This document shows positions 24,001-36,000 of a stretch of DNA of 64,000 nucleotides, in pieces. Below the pieces are notes generated by a model. The model did no database searches and was not told the origin of the DNA. It worked only from the letters and a program-made list of their open reading frames with translations. The stretch is from Candidatus Omnitrophota bacterium (lineage in GTDB: Bacteria > Omnitrophota > Omnitrophia > Omnitrophales > Aquincolibacteriaceae): contig JAKLIQ010000007.1 of the NCBI GenBank assembly GCA_022709525.1, forward strand, positions 49,720-113,719. Reading direction: 5' to 3'. Each line of letters starts with the position of its first letter. The stretch's first letter is position 1. The position numbers and the translations under genes were made by a program.

Positions 24001-27000
24001 TCTTTTCTATGCCGCTCCCGACGGTACTTATAGTCTGCAGCGTCAGGGGAGTGCGCTTTATGCCTACGACAGCAACCAAAACCTGCTCGGCGCATTCGAT
24101 GTCAGAGATTCGAAAAATGTTGTGTCGTTTAAATGGGACACCGTCGGAAATAACGTAATTGATTTCGATTCCAAAACTGAAGGCGCACAAAAAACACTCA
24201 CGCTTCAAAGTGATACAGAAATAACTTTACGCGAAGCCTCTCATGTTCTTGTAAGCGCCGGAACCGATCCCGCACAAACCATGCGGATTTTCTTGGATGC
24301 CGAATACCAGATCCTCGGCCAGACTTTGGGCGATATCCGAAGCGACCTCTCGATCCTCTTTTTCAAAGGTACAAATGGTGAAATGATCCAGCGCACCGGC
24401 GCAATGCAATTAAGCGCATTTGATGCGTCAGGTCAGTTGCTAGGCCAAAAGGATGTGACACAAGCAGCTTTCGAGCAAGGGCGCCTGATGGGAGAAAAAT
24501 CAACAACCCTCCACCGCTTGGGAACTTCCGAAAAAGCTCAGGCGACCATACGCGCTTATGCAAACACCGCACGTACGGAATTAGCTTATTTATCGGGGCC
24601 GGATTCGACCTTAGCCCCCGGCGATGCGGCAAAGCTGCAATATGGGCTTTACATCGACAATATCCTCATCGCAATCGGTGAATTCAAGAGTTGGGCAAAA
24701 GACGGATCGGTCCTTGCGACCTCGATCCATTTCACAGGGCTTGACGGTACTGAATTCGACGGGCAGGAATTTCTGGTTCTCTCAGGAAAATCCGCCGATT
24801 TTGTTAACGAAGGATTTGAACTTTCGCAGACAAGGCAGATGAATACGGTGAGATCGGATCCCGGCAAGGCGCAAGAAGCGGCTTTTCCTAAGGGCACCAA
24901 TGTCAGCTATGACGGCGGAATTTATGCGGCGGTTGTCCGCGGAGAAAGAAGGATCGAAAATATCAGCGCCCTGACAAGCGACGTGACGCTCCAGGGCTTG
25001 ATTTCGGATTATTACGGATCGGCGCAATTTACCCTCTTTGATCCGGTCACAGGCAACGGAGTGCTTGGCGGAACCATTTTGGATGCGGACCCTGGAGAGG
25101 GTCAGGATTTCAGGCTGGTCGCGCCTAAAGGTTTTGATATCTTTGCCTCGCAACCGGCAGGCGCTGAGGCCGAAGGCTATGCGCATGTTCTTCTGAAGGG
25201 GGCTGCGCTTACCGCTACAGCGATTGGCGCCAATCTTGTGGAGGCAGGATTTAATGAAACGGATGCCGAACGCCTGACCGACCTTTTAGTCGGCCGCGGC
25301 GAGATTCGTGCCGGCGGGATCTCAGGTATCCAAATAACGGACCCTGCGGTAGTAAACGAGGCTTTTAAAAATATTCTCTTTGATTACGTTCAAAATTCCT
25401 CGGTTTTTAAGCAAATGTTCGCTCCCCAGGTGATCTATGCCGGCAATGAACTCTATGGGATCATTTCCATTTCAAGCCCAGCGGACCGGATAGGAACCAA
25501 CGGGAGAGAGGTGATCGGCGTAGTGCATTTGAATAAAGATAATCCTGAGGTCTTATTGTGGGGCGGGTTTGCCACCTCGGGGGAGCTCGGTAAAAATGCC
25601 GTCATCACCATGAGCGCTCACGTCTTTGACCAAGAGGCCTTAAAGGCCGGAAGCTTTATCATCTTGGCCGCCCCCTTCTTTGCAGAGCTTGCGAAAGCCG
25701 AATTTGTTTCCATGAACTGGCTGAATAGTTTCCAGGACCGGATCGTGTCGAACGTGAAAGACGTATCCTTAGTCCAGATCCAATGGGCCGGCGGCTTTTT
25801 GCGCGCGGAGACAACAGTTTCCAATCTCCGTGATTCGATCTCTACGGGAGCGGGCAACACCTTTATGGTTCGCGACTTCCAAAACTCAAAGATCTTGGAT
25901 TCGAAGGGTACGGTGGAATTCAGTTATTCTGCGAATGCGCAAAATTTTATCATTCAATTCACACAAAGTATCGCTGCCCAGAATCTGGTCTTTTTCTCGG
26001 AGGCCGGCCAGCATCTCCTTAATTCGATGATCCTTGCGCTCGGGGCTGGTAATGTCGATCTTAGCACGCAAGCGGGTTTTGATGCCGCAGCGCGCGCCTG
26101 GAGAGATGTTTCTTTTAGGCAGGAAAAAGTGGAACCTTCAGCGTTGGAGCGCAGCTATCCCGGCTCTGCCGCTGATCGGTATGCCTTGGATGCGGAGCCG
26201 TCTCCTTTTGAAAGCGCATTTATGGCAGAGACCGTTTCGACGCTTGCGGGAACTCAATATCAGGAATTTGAGCAGGCGCTTGCGATGGCAGGCGGTATCA
26301 CCTGGACATCTTCGACCGGCCTTGACTCGATTTTGGCCGGTTTCCATAGCGCCTTAGGGGATGCGACGGTTTCAACAACCTTTACCTTAACGCCCCAAAA
26401 GCAAAATTATTATGCTAGCCCCCTGGCACAGCCCACTCCTGAAGGTTATAACCTGAGCGTAAGGGTCAATAATATCAGCAATCTAGGGACGGCTACCTAC
26501 AATCAAGTCGCTGCTTTCTCCAGAGCGCTTGGGGTCAATGTCACGGCAGATCACCTGGATGATCTTTTCGGGAATAATCCGTCGAACCTAAGTCTGGCGA
26601 AGAGTTTTTCAATCTCGTTTAATCCCATGCAAACATCAATAAGTATTTCTGCTACAGGGCAGTTATGGGCTGCCTTTGACCTGAGCGCGCAGGCATCGCT
26701 TGTCCGGTTGACGGGTTTTGCGGCGGATTTCCTTGCCGGGGTTGAGTACACGGCAACGGTTTTCAGTTCAGGAGAAAATCAGCTTTCTATTTCAGGCAAG
26801 ATCAATGGTGCGGCGTGGGATGAGTGGAGAAGCACCCATTCAAATGTGGCGGAGCTCCAGGGAGGTATTGTTTACGGGTTGGCGCCTGAGAGTGCTCTGG
26901 AACAGGATCGTTGGGCTAATGGATTGAGGACAAAGGATGGAAGAATCGCTTTAAGTTATGAGTTTGGAGCGGAGTTTAGCGATCCGCTGATCGGGGAAGC

Positions 27001-30000
27001 AAGCTTCGAGCTGACGCATAGCGTTTATTACGGTGAAAACGGTGTGCCGCTTCAAGTTGATTTAAGGGCGGCAACGGGAGGTCTTTTCAGTGACGCGAGC
27101 TATACAAGTTATGCCATTTCCCGGAACGCCCAGACTGGGTTTTTCCAGGTTTCCATTTCAGGAGGCGATCTGGGTGCCAATGACAGCTTTAATGAGAATT
27201 ATCACCTCTATACCCGCGAAGAGACCAATCATGGTTTTACGACATTTTTGACCAATAACGCCTGGATTGCCGGCGATTTCCATTGCGATCTCGAAAATGG
27301 CTCAAGTTGGGCAGAGTACCATGATTATGCCGCAGAGACATTCCAAGCGGGAGTGATCAGTTTTCAACAATCAATTGAAAAAGCCACGGTATCGATCCAG
27401 CTTTGGACTTCAACTCAATGGAATGAAGGCCATTACGGGAAGCTTGTTCTCGCAGTAGGTGCGATCGCGGTAGGATTTGCGGCCGGAGGGTGGGCCATCG
27501 CCGCAGTCACGGGAACGGGTGCCATTGCTGTAGGCATGACGGCAGTAGTGATTAAAAATATCGCCTGGGGCGTGATCTTCTTTTCTGCTTTTGCCGCAGT
27601 TTCCGTTGCGGGTGGTATTGTCTATGCCGAAAAGCAGAAAAAATTAGTAACAGATCAAGATAACCCGATGGATCCATGGCAGGCCGCCATACAAATATCC
27701 AATGACAGTTGGTGGCTCCACAGGGCTCAGAATTATACCCTTACGACCGCCCTTTTCTTTTTTGCGACCGCGATCGGAACGCCCCTCATGAATCTCGGGC
27801 TGCAGAATGTGGTTGTGCATAGCTGGACTTCGGCGGTCGCAAACTTCTTTAACCGATTTACCTCAAGCGCCTTCGGAAAAGTCATTACCGCACCCTTCCG
27901 ATGGCTTTTTGGGAATGTTTCCGTGGAAGTAATCGCTCAAAAAGAAACTATCGCGGCTTTAAGCCGCTTTGCCGGGGTCAAGGCCTTAGAGGTCGGAGCC
28001 CGCGTATCTTTGACGGGGGCCAATGCGTTTGCCGTCCATCTCATGAGATTTGTTTCCATTAAGGCCCTCTTCGGAAGCGCGATCCATTTGGGCCTCACGC
28101 TTCCATTCCAGATGAATATTGCCGCGAATTTGATTTCAGATATTTTCTATCAGGGGCAGGTCCGTTCCGTTCAGGAACTTGAAGCCACGATGTTAAGCGG
28201 TGGTTGGTCAAGCGGCCGCGGAGGCCTTTTGGGCGTTTGGGATGGTATTAAAAAATCGGTTGCAATGATGTTCTCGCAATCGACGACCGGCTCAGGGCTT
28301 TCCCAAGCGGTCCAGCAATGGTCAACCCCGGAGTTTTGGGTATTTGTGGCTGCCTTTCATTTCCTTTCCTTTATTCCGACGTACTCCGCCGCCGCGGTTG
28401 GAAGATTGGGTGAGTTTATGCTCATCGGCCCCGCGAAAAAGATCTTAGGCGGTTTCGTCCATGCCTTGGGGAGCGTCTTTGGATCTTCGGTAAGCATCGG
28501 GTTGGCGAATTTGCAAGCGGGGGTGGTCAGCTTTATCTGGGGCAGTGGCAGTGTTCTCTGGCAGAGCATCAAGAGTCTTTTTGCGGGTGTTTATGAGGAA
28601 GTTCTAAAAGAGCCGGTTCTGCAAGTTCTTTTACTGTCATGGTTGCCTAGCAGCGCTCAGGAGTATGTGGTGGAACTTTTGGATGCGGCAGATGGCGATA
28701 TGTCGCATTTTATCAGCGCGAGGATGGGAGCGCTCAGCCAAAACCTCCAAGCCTTGGGAGCGGCTGCGCCGCAGGCGATCAAGGGTCTTTCTGTCGGGGC
28801 GCAAAACGATGTTGCAGCAAGACTTAATACGGCCATGATCGCGTTTAAGGCGGGAGATTATACCACCGCCCAAACCAAACTTGCCGAAGCGCTTAATTTA
28901 ATTGGAAGCCAAAAAACCGGGAACCAGCAATTTGACGGCGCGGTCCGTAATCTCCAGGCCATGCAGGCGACCCAGCAAGGGGTTTTAAATCGCTTTAATG
29001 CCGCGCTCCAGGATCCCAATAGTGCTTTGGTTAAGCAATACAGTACGTCGGTCTTATCTGAGATGTATTCGCTTGTTTTCGCCAATCCCTTCATGGACCT
29101 TGGCGCTGTCTCCTCGACGGGGATCGGGGATTTCTCCGGTCTTGCCGCTGTAGCGGCTATTTCTCTTAAACTGTCCGATCCAAAGGTCACCATTAATATC
29201 AAAGGAATGGACGCTAAACTTAATGCCGTGATCGCCAAGCTCCAGAAAGCTGTCGAAGGGATCAGCGATCCCCAGGCAAGGCAGGCGCGCATAAACGCGC
29301 TTGTAGCTAATCTTGCCATAAACGCCTCAGCCCTTACTTATACCGACGCCCAGGGCCAATCGCATGTCAATGAACAGGTTTTAGCGAACGCGGTGCTCGT
29401 TTCACTTGCCGGCGCCGTTACCGCTGAAGCTCTTACTTCTTTTGGTATCAGTCAAAGGGTTATCGATGCTTATGGCTCATTGGAAGGCGAAGTCCAGGCT
29501 GAGTTCCGCCAGGCGCTTTCGGAACGCATCGCTTCCGCAGATGAAAATGCGATCGTTTTTCTCATGATCGGCGCTCAATTGAAGACCGGCTTGAAATCCA
29601 TCGCTAAGGCCGAATCTCTTGCCGGAAAACTCGGTGTTTCCTGGCTGGCCCGTGGCGTCCTCGCTCAAATCGCGACAACAGAAGCCCAGGCAAAAGCATT
29701 GGGCGAGATCCTGATTCAGAATGCCGGCAGTTTTGAATTCTCCAACTTGCTGCAATTCCAGGGCATCTTGACTGCTTCAGTCCTTCTGCAGACAGCGACC
29801 ACAAAAGAACAATTGGTTGCCGCTTTCAACGTTCTTGGAATTACGCTTACAGGCGATCTCTTGGATGCTTTTGAATCGCTTATGACTAGCCGTCCTGATT
29901 TCTTAAAAGACGTTGCCGGCTCTTTAGTGGAATTTGTCCGAAAAGACGGGAAGGTAAGCGCTAGGGATATCCGAAGCACAGTCCTTCTTTCGGTTTTCCG

Positions 30001-33000
30001 GCATGGCGATAAACTTTCAAAAGCAGAAGTCATGAAAGTGACCCAAGCCTTTGGTCAAGAAATCGCCGGCCTCAGCACTTTAGTGCAGGAGCTTGATAAG
30101 CTCGATGAGAGCGTTCTTCCTGTGGTTTTGAAAGCGATCGCTTTGAATGCTTCTGATATGAATTTAACGATCGAAGGCGTCGTTGCCTACAGTCTCAAAG
30201 TAATGGGTGGAATGGCGGTGGCAGATGTCCGAACAAGCGGTGAAACCTTAAAAACCCTTGGAGTTTTTAGCGATGATACGGTTAAGGGCGTCACGGCTGA
30301 TGAATTAGTTGATGATTATGATTCATCTCGCGGCGATCTTGCAGCTGCCTCAAAGGATTATTTAAGAAAGAAAATGCCAGCCGCTCAACAGGTAACGGGA
30401 TCCCAAGCGGTTCCTCAAACCGTTCAGGAAGCAGAGCTTACCCGCGCACAAAACGAGCTTGCGGCGGTCAACGATATTTCAAAGCTCGATGCCGGCACCG
30501 CGATCGGTCTTGCCCAGCGCCTCGCTTTTGCCGAAATGCTTGTTTTTGAGGAGCGTTCCAAAGGGCTTAATCAAGAAGGCTCAACCGCGACGAAGCAGGA
30601 AAAGACCGAGACTTTAAAAACTTATCAGGACGCCCAAGACCAATACGGGAAACTAAAATCTCCGAAATTTTCAAAGGCGGTCTTGGAAGCTCAAGCAAAA
30701 GCCATGGTCAACTGGCTTGTGATCCACGGAGGTCGCACCTCAGCTGTGATCCAGCAGCGGGCGCAATATATGGCCGCCCATCCCGAGACCGGGCCTCCGC
30801 AGATCATTTGGGAGGATCTGCTTAATGAACTGGTCAGCGTTCTTCCTGAGGCTAGTCGCGCCCCCGCCCTTGAACTTTTACGCGGCGATGTGGATGGCGC
30901 TTTAGGGACAATGGAACTTGAAGCAGGGCATAATATTCGCATTTTAGAAGAGAGGGTCAAGCGATCATCCCAGCAAGCTCCCAACGCCAAGGATATGCGG
31001 GCACTTTCTGAGGCGCGTTTCACGGAACGTGCCGCACGCATGGCGCGTATGGAAATCGCCCGTGTTTTTGCTCGTAACACCGCAAGCGCCGAAGAGATCA
31101 CCTTACGTATTAGGGCTGCGGAAAGTAAGCTCGCGGAACTTCAAAAGCAATCCGAAGATCCCACGCTGGCAGCTTCGGTCCAAAATGATCTTATTTTGCA
31201 GCAAGAACAGCTTATCTCCCAGATCACTTTCTTTAAGAGGATCCAGGAGAACATCCGTCTTAATCAGAAAGGAGGGGTTAAGGGGCTTTCTTTCGGTCTT
31301 GAGACAAAAACCTACGCCTTTTTAAATGAACGTGTGACCGATCATGAAGCTGGCGCAAATCCGATCCTGCTTAAATATACGACAAAGCCCAAAACAGACG
31401 GTACCGCGCTTCGCGTGATTCGTGCTGAGACAAGCGAATCGGAGTACCGAAAGGTCGCTAAATACGCCGAAATGTCGCCCGAGCAGCTTGCCGCCGTTAT
31501 CGAGCTTGCCAAGCTTTATAATCAGACGATCGAAATGTGGGAAGCTTTTGTGGGTTGGGATATTGCCTCCCGCAATCAGGTGGAGCAGGGCGTTGCGATC
31601 GCAAATCTTATTTTTAGCCCCAATCTTTTCCACGAGATCCCGACGGGTACCGGGAAAACCTCGACTATTTTTGCTTCGCTCATGATTTTCCATAAGGCGT
31701 TCAAGCAAAGAGCCGAGCAACTTAAATCCGAAAAGGCGGGGACGCAAACCCTTGCGGAGATGCAAAAACTTTACAAAAATTCCGATGGGAGGCTCATTTT
31801 CATTCTTCCCGATCTCAATCTTTTCGAGCAGACCGAAGGGGACATCAAGCCCTTTGCGCAAGGCGGTCTTAAATTTGCGTATTTTACCGAAAAAACGCTT
31901 GATGCGCTTCGCACAGATGAGGCAAAAGGTGTTATTGATGAATTCCAATCGGCCGATGTCGTGATTGTCTTAAACCAAGCCGCAGCGTTCCTGCAGCTTA
32001 ATAAGCAAGCTTCTGAGGCGGACTATAAACGTAAGGTTGGCGCTCCCAAGATTGCGATCGAACGTTTTTATGATATGTTTATGACCAATAACCGCGTTCT
32101 TGCCGACGAAGCCGACACTTGGTTTACGCAGCCTCCGAGCCAAATGGGCGAGGGGGAACGCTTACTTGGAAAGCCCGGATTTGAGTATGAGATCGAGCAT
32201 TCGGCCTTAATTGACCAGGCGATCATGGGCGTTGTGGGCGAAGGAGTTTCGGGCCTTGATGCGCTTGAAGCGCAGCGGCGCATGCTTACGGTTTCTGTCG
32301 TACTTGAGAAGGGCGGCGCGCCCGAGCTTATGTCGTGGGAAGAGTGGCAGAAAAAAGGCGCCCCCGGCCAACTCCTTGATGCGCGTATCGATGGCGTAAG
32401 ATCCAAAGAAGGGGAAGCTGCGATCGCTGCAATTTCCAAAGCTCTCGTTGGGATGCTTGCCAAATACGGTATTACCGCAGATGAAGGAACAGTGAAATCC
32501 TGGCTTCTCCAATCCCCTCAGGAATTCGAACAGCTTCCGGATGCCCGCATTAAAGAAATTATGCGTGAGGCCCGCGCCTCCCTGGTCGGTCGCGCCAAAG
32601 CGATCCGCCAACGCGAGGGCGGCGATGTTGCCAAATACATGCGCCTTGTCCCGATCAAGAAAAATGAAGCGCTTATGAAAGTCTTTACCGGTCGCGAGGA
32701 TCTGGAAGGTGCGGCACTCCAACTGATGCTTCATTTTAACGGTCGTCCCGAAGCACTTCGCGACATCGCAAACGGGAAGGGTAAGTCATATCGCGACGGT
32801 GAGATTCTCTACAATAAAGAGCTTCGCGAGGCCTACGACCTCCTAGTTAAAAACGACATGCTTCGGTATCTTGATAAGTTCGCACCGCGGTGGACGATTG
32901 CAGTTGTTTCCAATAAAACCATTAATCCAAGACTCCAAATGAGCGATCCTTATCTGAATGCTCACACCCAGCTTGTTTTCCTGCGCGCTTATGGCGAGTT

Positions 33001-36000
33001 GGGCGCCGCGCTTGGCACAATCGATGGCGCATCAAAAATGGGCGAACAAAAAGCAGATATCAAGACCTCCGAGGGCCTTGATCGGTTTTTGCGTCATGTG
33101 ACGGTCTCGGGCAATGCCACTCACTCAACTCAAGAAGAAATGATCCGGGCCCTTAAGATGCGCGGTTCGACTCTGGGTGGTTTTTCAGGGACCCTTGGTC
33201 ACGTCCGGTCAGGCCTTGAAAAGATGTATGGTGCCCGGATGCTTCGTTATGTCGAAAATAACCCTTACTTTGGCGCACTTTCAGGCGATGAAGCAGCGCT
33301 CATATCTTTATCGGAGGTAGAAAAAGTCCATGCGAAGGTCTTGCTTCGGGCCGTTCAGGTCGCTTCCGAACTCGATGGCGCATCAAAGAAAACCCAAGAA
33401 GAATATTTAGCGGATCTTGAAGGCCTTCTTAAAACACTTCAAGCGTCTCCGGAGCTTCGTCATTCATTAAGCGTGGTTCGCCTTGCCCATGAGCGATTGC
33501 GCGAGCTTGGCAAACTCGATACGCTTCAAGGTCTTAAATTCGAACGCGGGAACCGTATGATTGAGGATGCCCGCATCGAACTTACGGGGAATGATCAAGC
33601 TGCCTTCGAGAGCTTTAGGGCCAAAATGTTGCGGAACCAGGCCGCCAACGCTGTTTTCTGTAACGGCCGCGCTAATATTGGCGCCGATGACGCGGCGGTC
33701 GTGAACGCCTTTCTTGCCATGTATCAGGAGCTTGCATTGAGCGATCCCAGTAAGGTTTTCAATGGCAAAGATTTCTTTACCTTGGTTTATGCCGATCGTT
33801 TGGCAGGCGTTTGGCGCGTTCGTAGACTCAATCGTCAGGGCCAGAAAGTGGATCAAGAAGGTAAAGTGCTTACCGACCAGCAGGCGGAGGATCTTAAGAT
33901 TGACGTGAGCGAGGTGAAGAGTTACCTGACGCGCGCAGCTGAGAATGAACATGTCGCGCTTTACTTTAATGAAGCAACGCTTCGCGGTATCGATACGGTT
34001 TTTACAGCCAATCTCCAGACCTTTGTCTTAGCCGATGAAGGCTCGATCGGAAACGTGATGGAACAGCTCTTTGGACGTCATCGCGGCGTTCGTGAACTCG
34101 TCGAAATTAACGGGAAGATGGTCATCAAGGATATCTACGCGACAAGCGAGGAAGCTGCTCGCGATTTTGCAGCAGGTAAAATCACGCGGGAAGATATGTT
34201 AAGGGAGGTTGCTAAAGGTGAAGGTGGGAAGTTCACGACCCAAGAACAGCGTACAAAAAACGGAAAACAGGTCAATAACTACAAGATCTATCAGGCTCTC
34301 GAGATTGCCTTTGTCGATCCTTCCTCGAGTGTTCTGAGCTCACAATTACAAGCCGCGGAGGAATCCTTAAGAGAGGCCTGGGCTTCAGGCGATGAAGAGG
34401 CTTTTGAATCTGCCCAAAAAGAACTTGCACGCATCCAATCCGCCAAAGAGATAAGCGTTTTCGAGCTGGAGACGATTCTGGCCGAAAACCGCCTTCTTTC
34501 CAGCCAGCGCAGTAACTATGACGGGGTTCGTAATGCAATGGAAGGCACGATCCGTACACATCTCATTTATCTGATTGCTACGGCAAAATCCGCTGAGGCA
34601 AAAGAAGCCCTGCATCAAGAACTCGTTCGGTTTGAACAAAAGCTTGCCAAGGATATCCAGACCCAGACCTTGCGCGGCGAACTTGCCACAGAAAGCCTTT
34701 TAGGGATCGTGAAAAACGCGCTTGCGCGCTACCGTTCGATCGAAGCCAATACAGAGTTAGTAAAACTGCTCGCCAAAGAACAGCCTGCGATCTTAGCTGA
34801 GATCCGAGAGCAGACTAGGGCCTTAGAAGAGAATATGAACGATTTCTTAAAAGACGATAAGCATTTATCCCTTTTTGCAAGGCAGGAGCAAAGGTCCGCA
34901 ACCGGGGAAGTTACAATCCGCTGGATCCATGTGCTTACCGATCGCGCGACCGGTAATGTCATTTCAAGTGAAGATGCAGGGGTGGTTCCTCTTGGCGCTA
35001 CAGCCCAAAGGGATGGTTTGACGGGAGATTATAGCTTTATCGCAGAAGACGGGAAAAAACTTTCTATTTCCGCGGAGCGGGTGGGGGTTGTGATGGCCCG
35101 GAACCCGGCCGAGGCATTAGTCCTCATCAATCAATGGTATCGCAATGACGATTTCGCCCGGTTTGCGCCCTACGGCGGCCGTCCCGATGTCGCGGCAACG
35201 GCTTATCAGAGCAAAGAAGACGCGGCAGCCATGCTTGCTACCAAGATGGATACCGAACCGGTCGCTGAAAACAAGGAGCTTAGCCCCGACCAGAAGCGCG
35301 TCCAAATCCACGATCCTTCCGGATTAGTCGATGCGTTATTTAACTGGGCGAAAGAGCGCGGTCTTATCCAGGGAGAATATCTTACCTCCGGCGGTTCAGA
35401 GGTTCTTTCGGGCTTTAAGAGTTTCCGTGACGCGTTACTTCGTGATCCCGCTCGCGCTATTGGGATCCTGGAAGGACTTGAGGTCCGCGGGATTATCCCC
35501 GAATCATTAAAAGCAGAACTAGCAGCGATTAAAGAATCCACAACCGGGACGCTGGATCGCGAAAAACAAGAACGTCTTGATCTTGCGATTCTCAGGCTTT
35601 TCCAGGGTCTTGTGGATGCCGGGCTTCCGATTACCCAAGATGCGCTTTCAGATGTTTTTGGTATCTTAAAAGAGATCTCAACATGGCTTGAGGGTGTTTC
35701 GGATGCAAAGATCACGATGCGGGACATCGGTCGCGCGATTGCAGAGGGCCGTGAGGAGTGGCGAGCCGTGTTCCTGAAGACCCTCTTTGCCCGGGCCGAT
35801 GCCACTAATGCCCGTATCATTCAGCTGAAAGCGCTTTATGGGTCTCTTGTCACGCAATACGATGCGATGCAGAAGGTGCGAGCCAAGCAGATGCGCGATG
35901 AGGTGCGCTTCACGGAGCTTTCAGCCAGGATCCTTGGCGCTCTCTCAACGAGTAAGTGGAAACGGTTGACACAGAAGCTTTGGGCGTTTCGAATCTATCG

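Noticed and set aside
35206-35820. 204-aa minus-strand ORF, and 38501..39325 (274 aa) minus-strand ORF
   Set aside because: Both are antisense to the helical C-terminal region of the giant ORF and have Ser/Arg-rich or Phe/Lys-rich nonsense-like composition.
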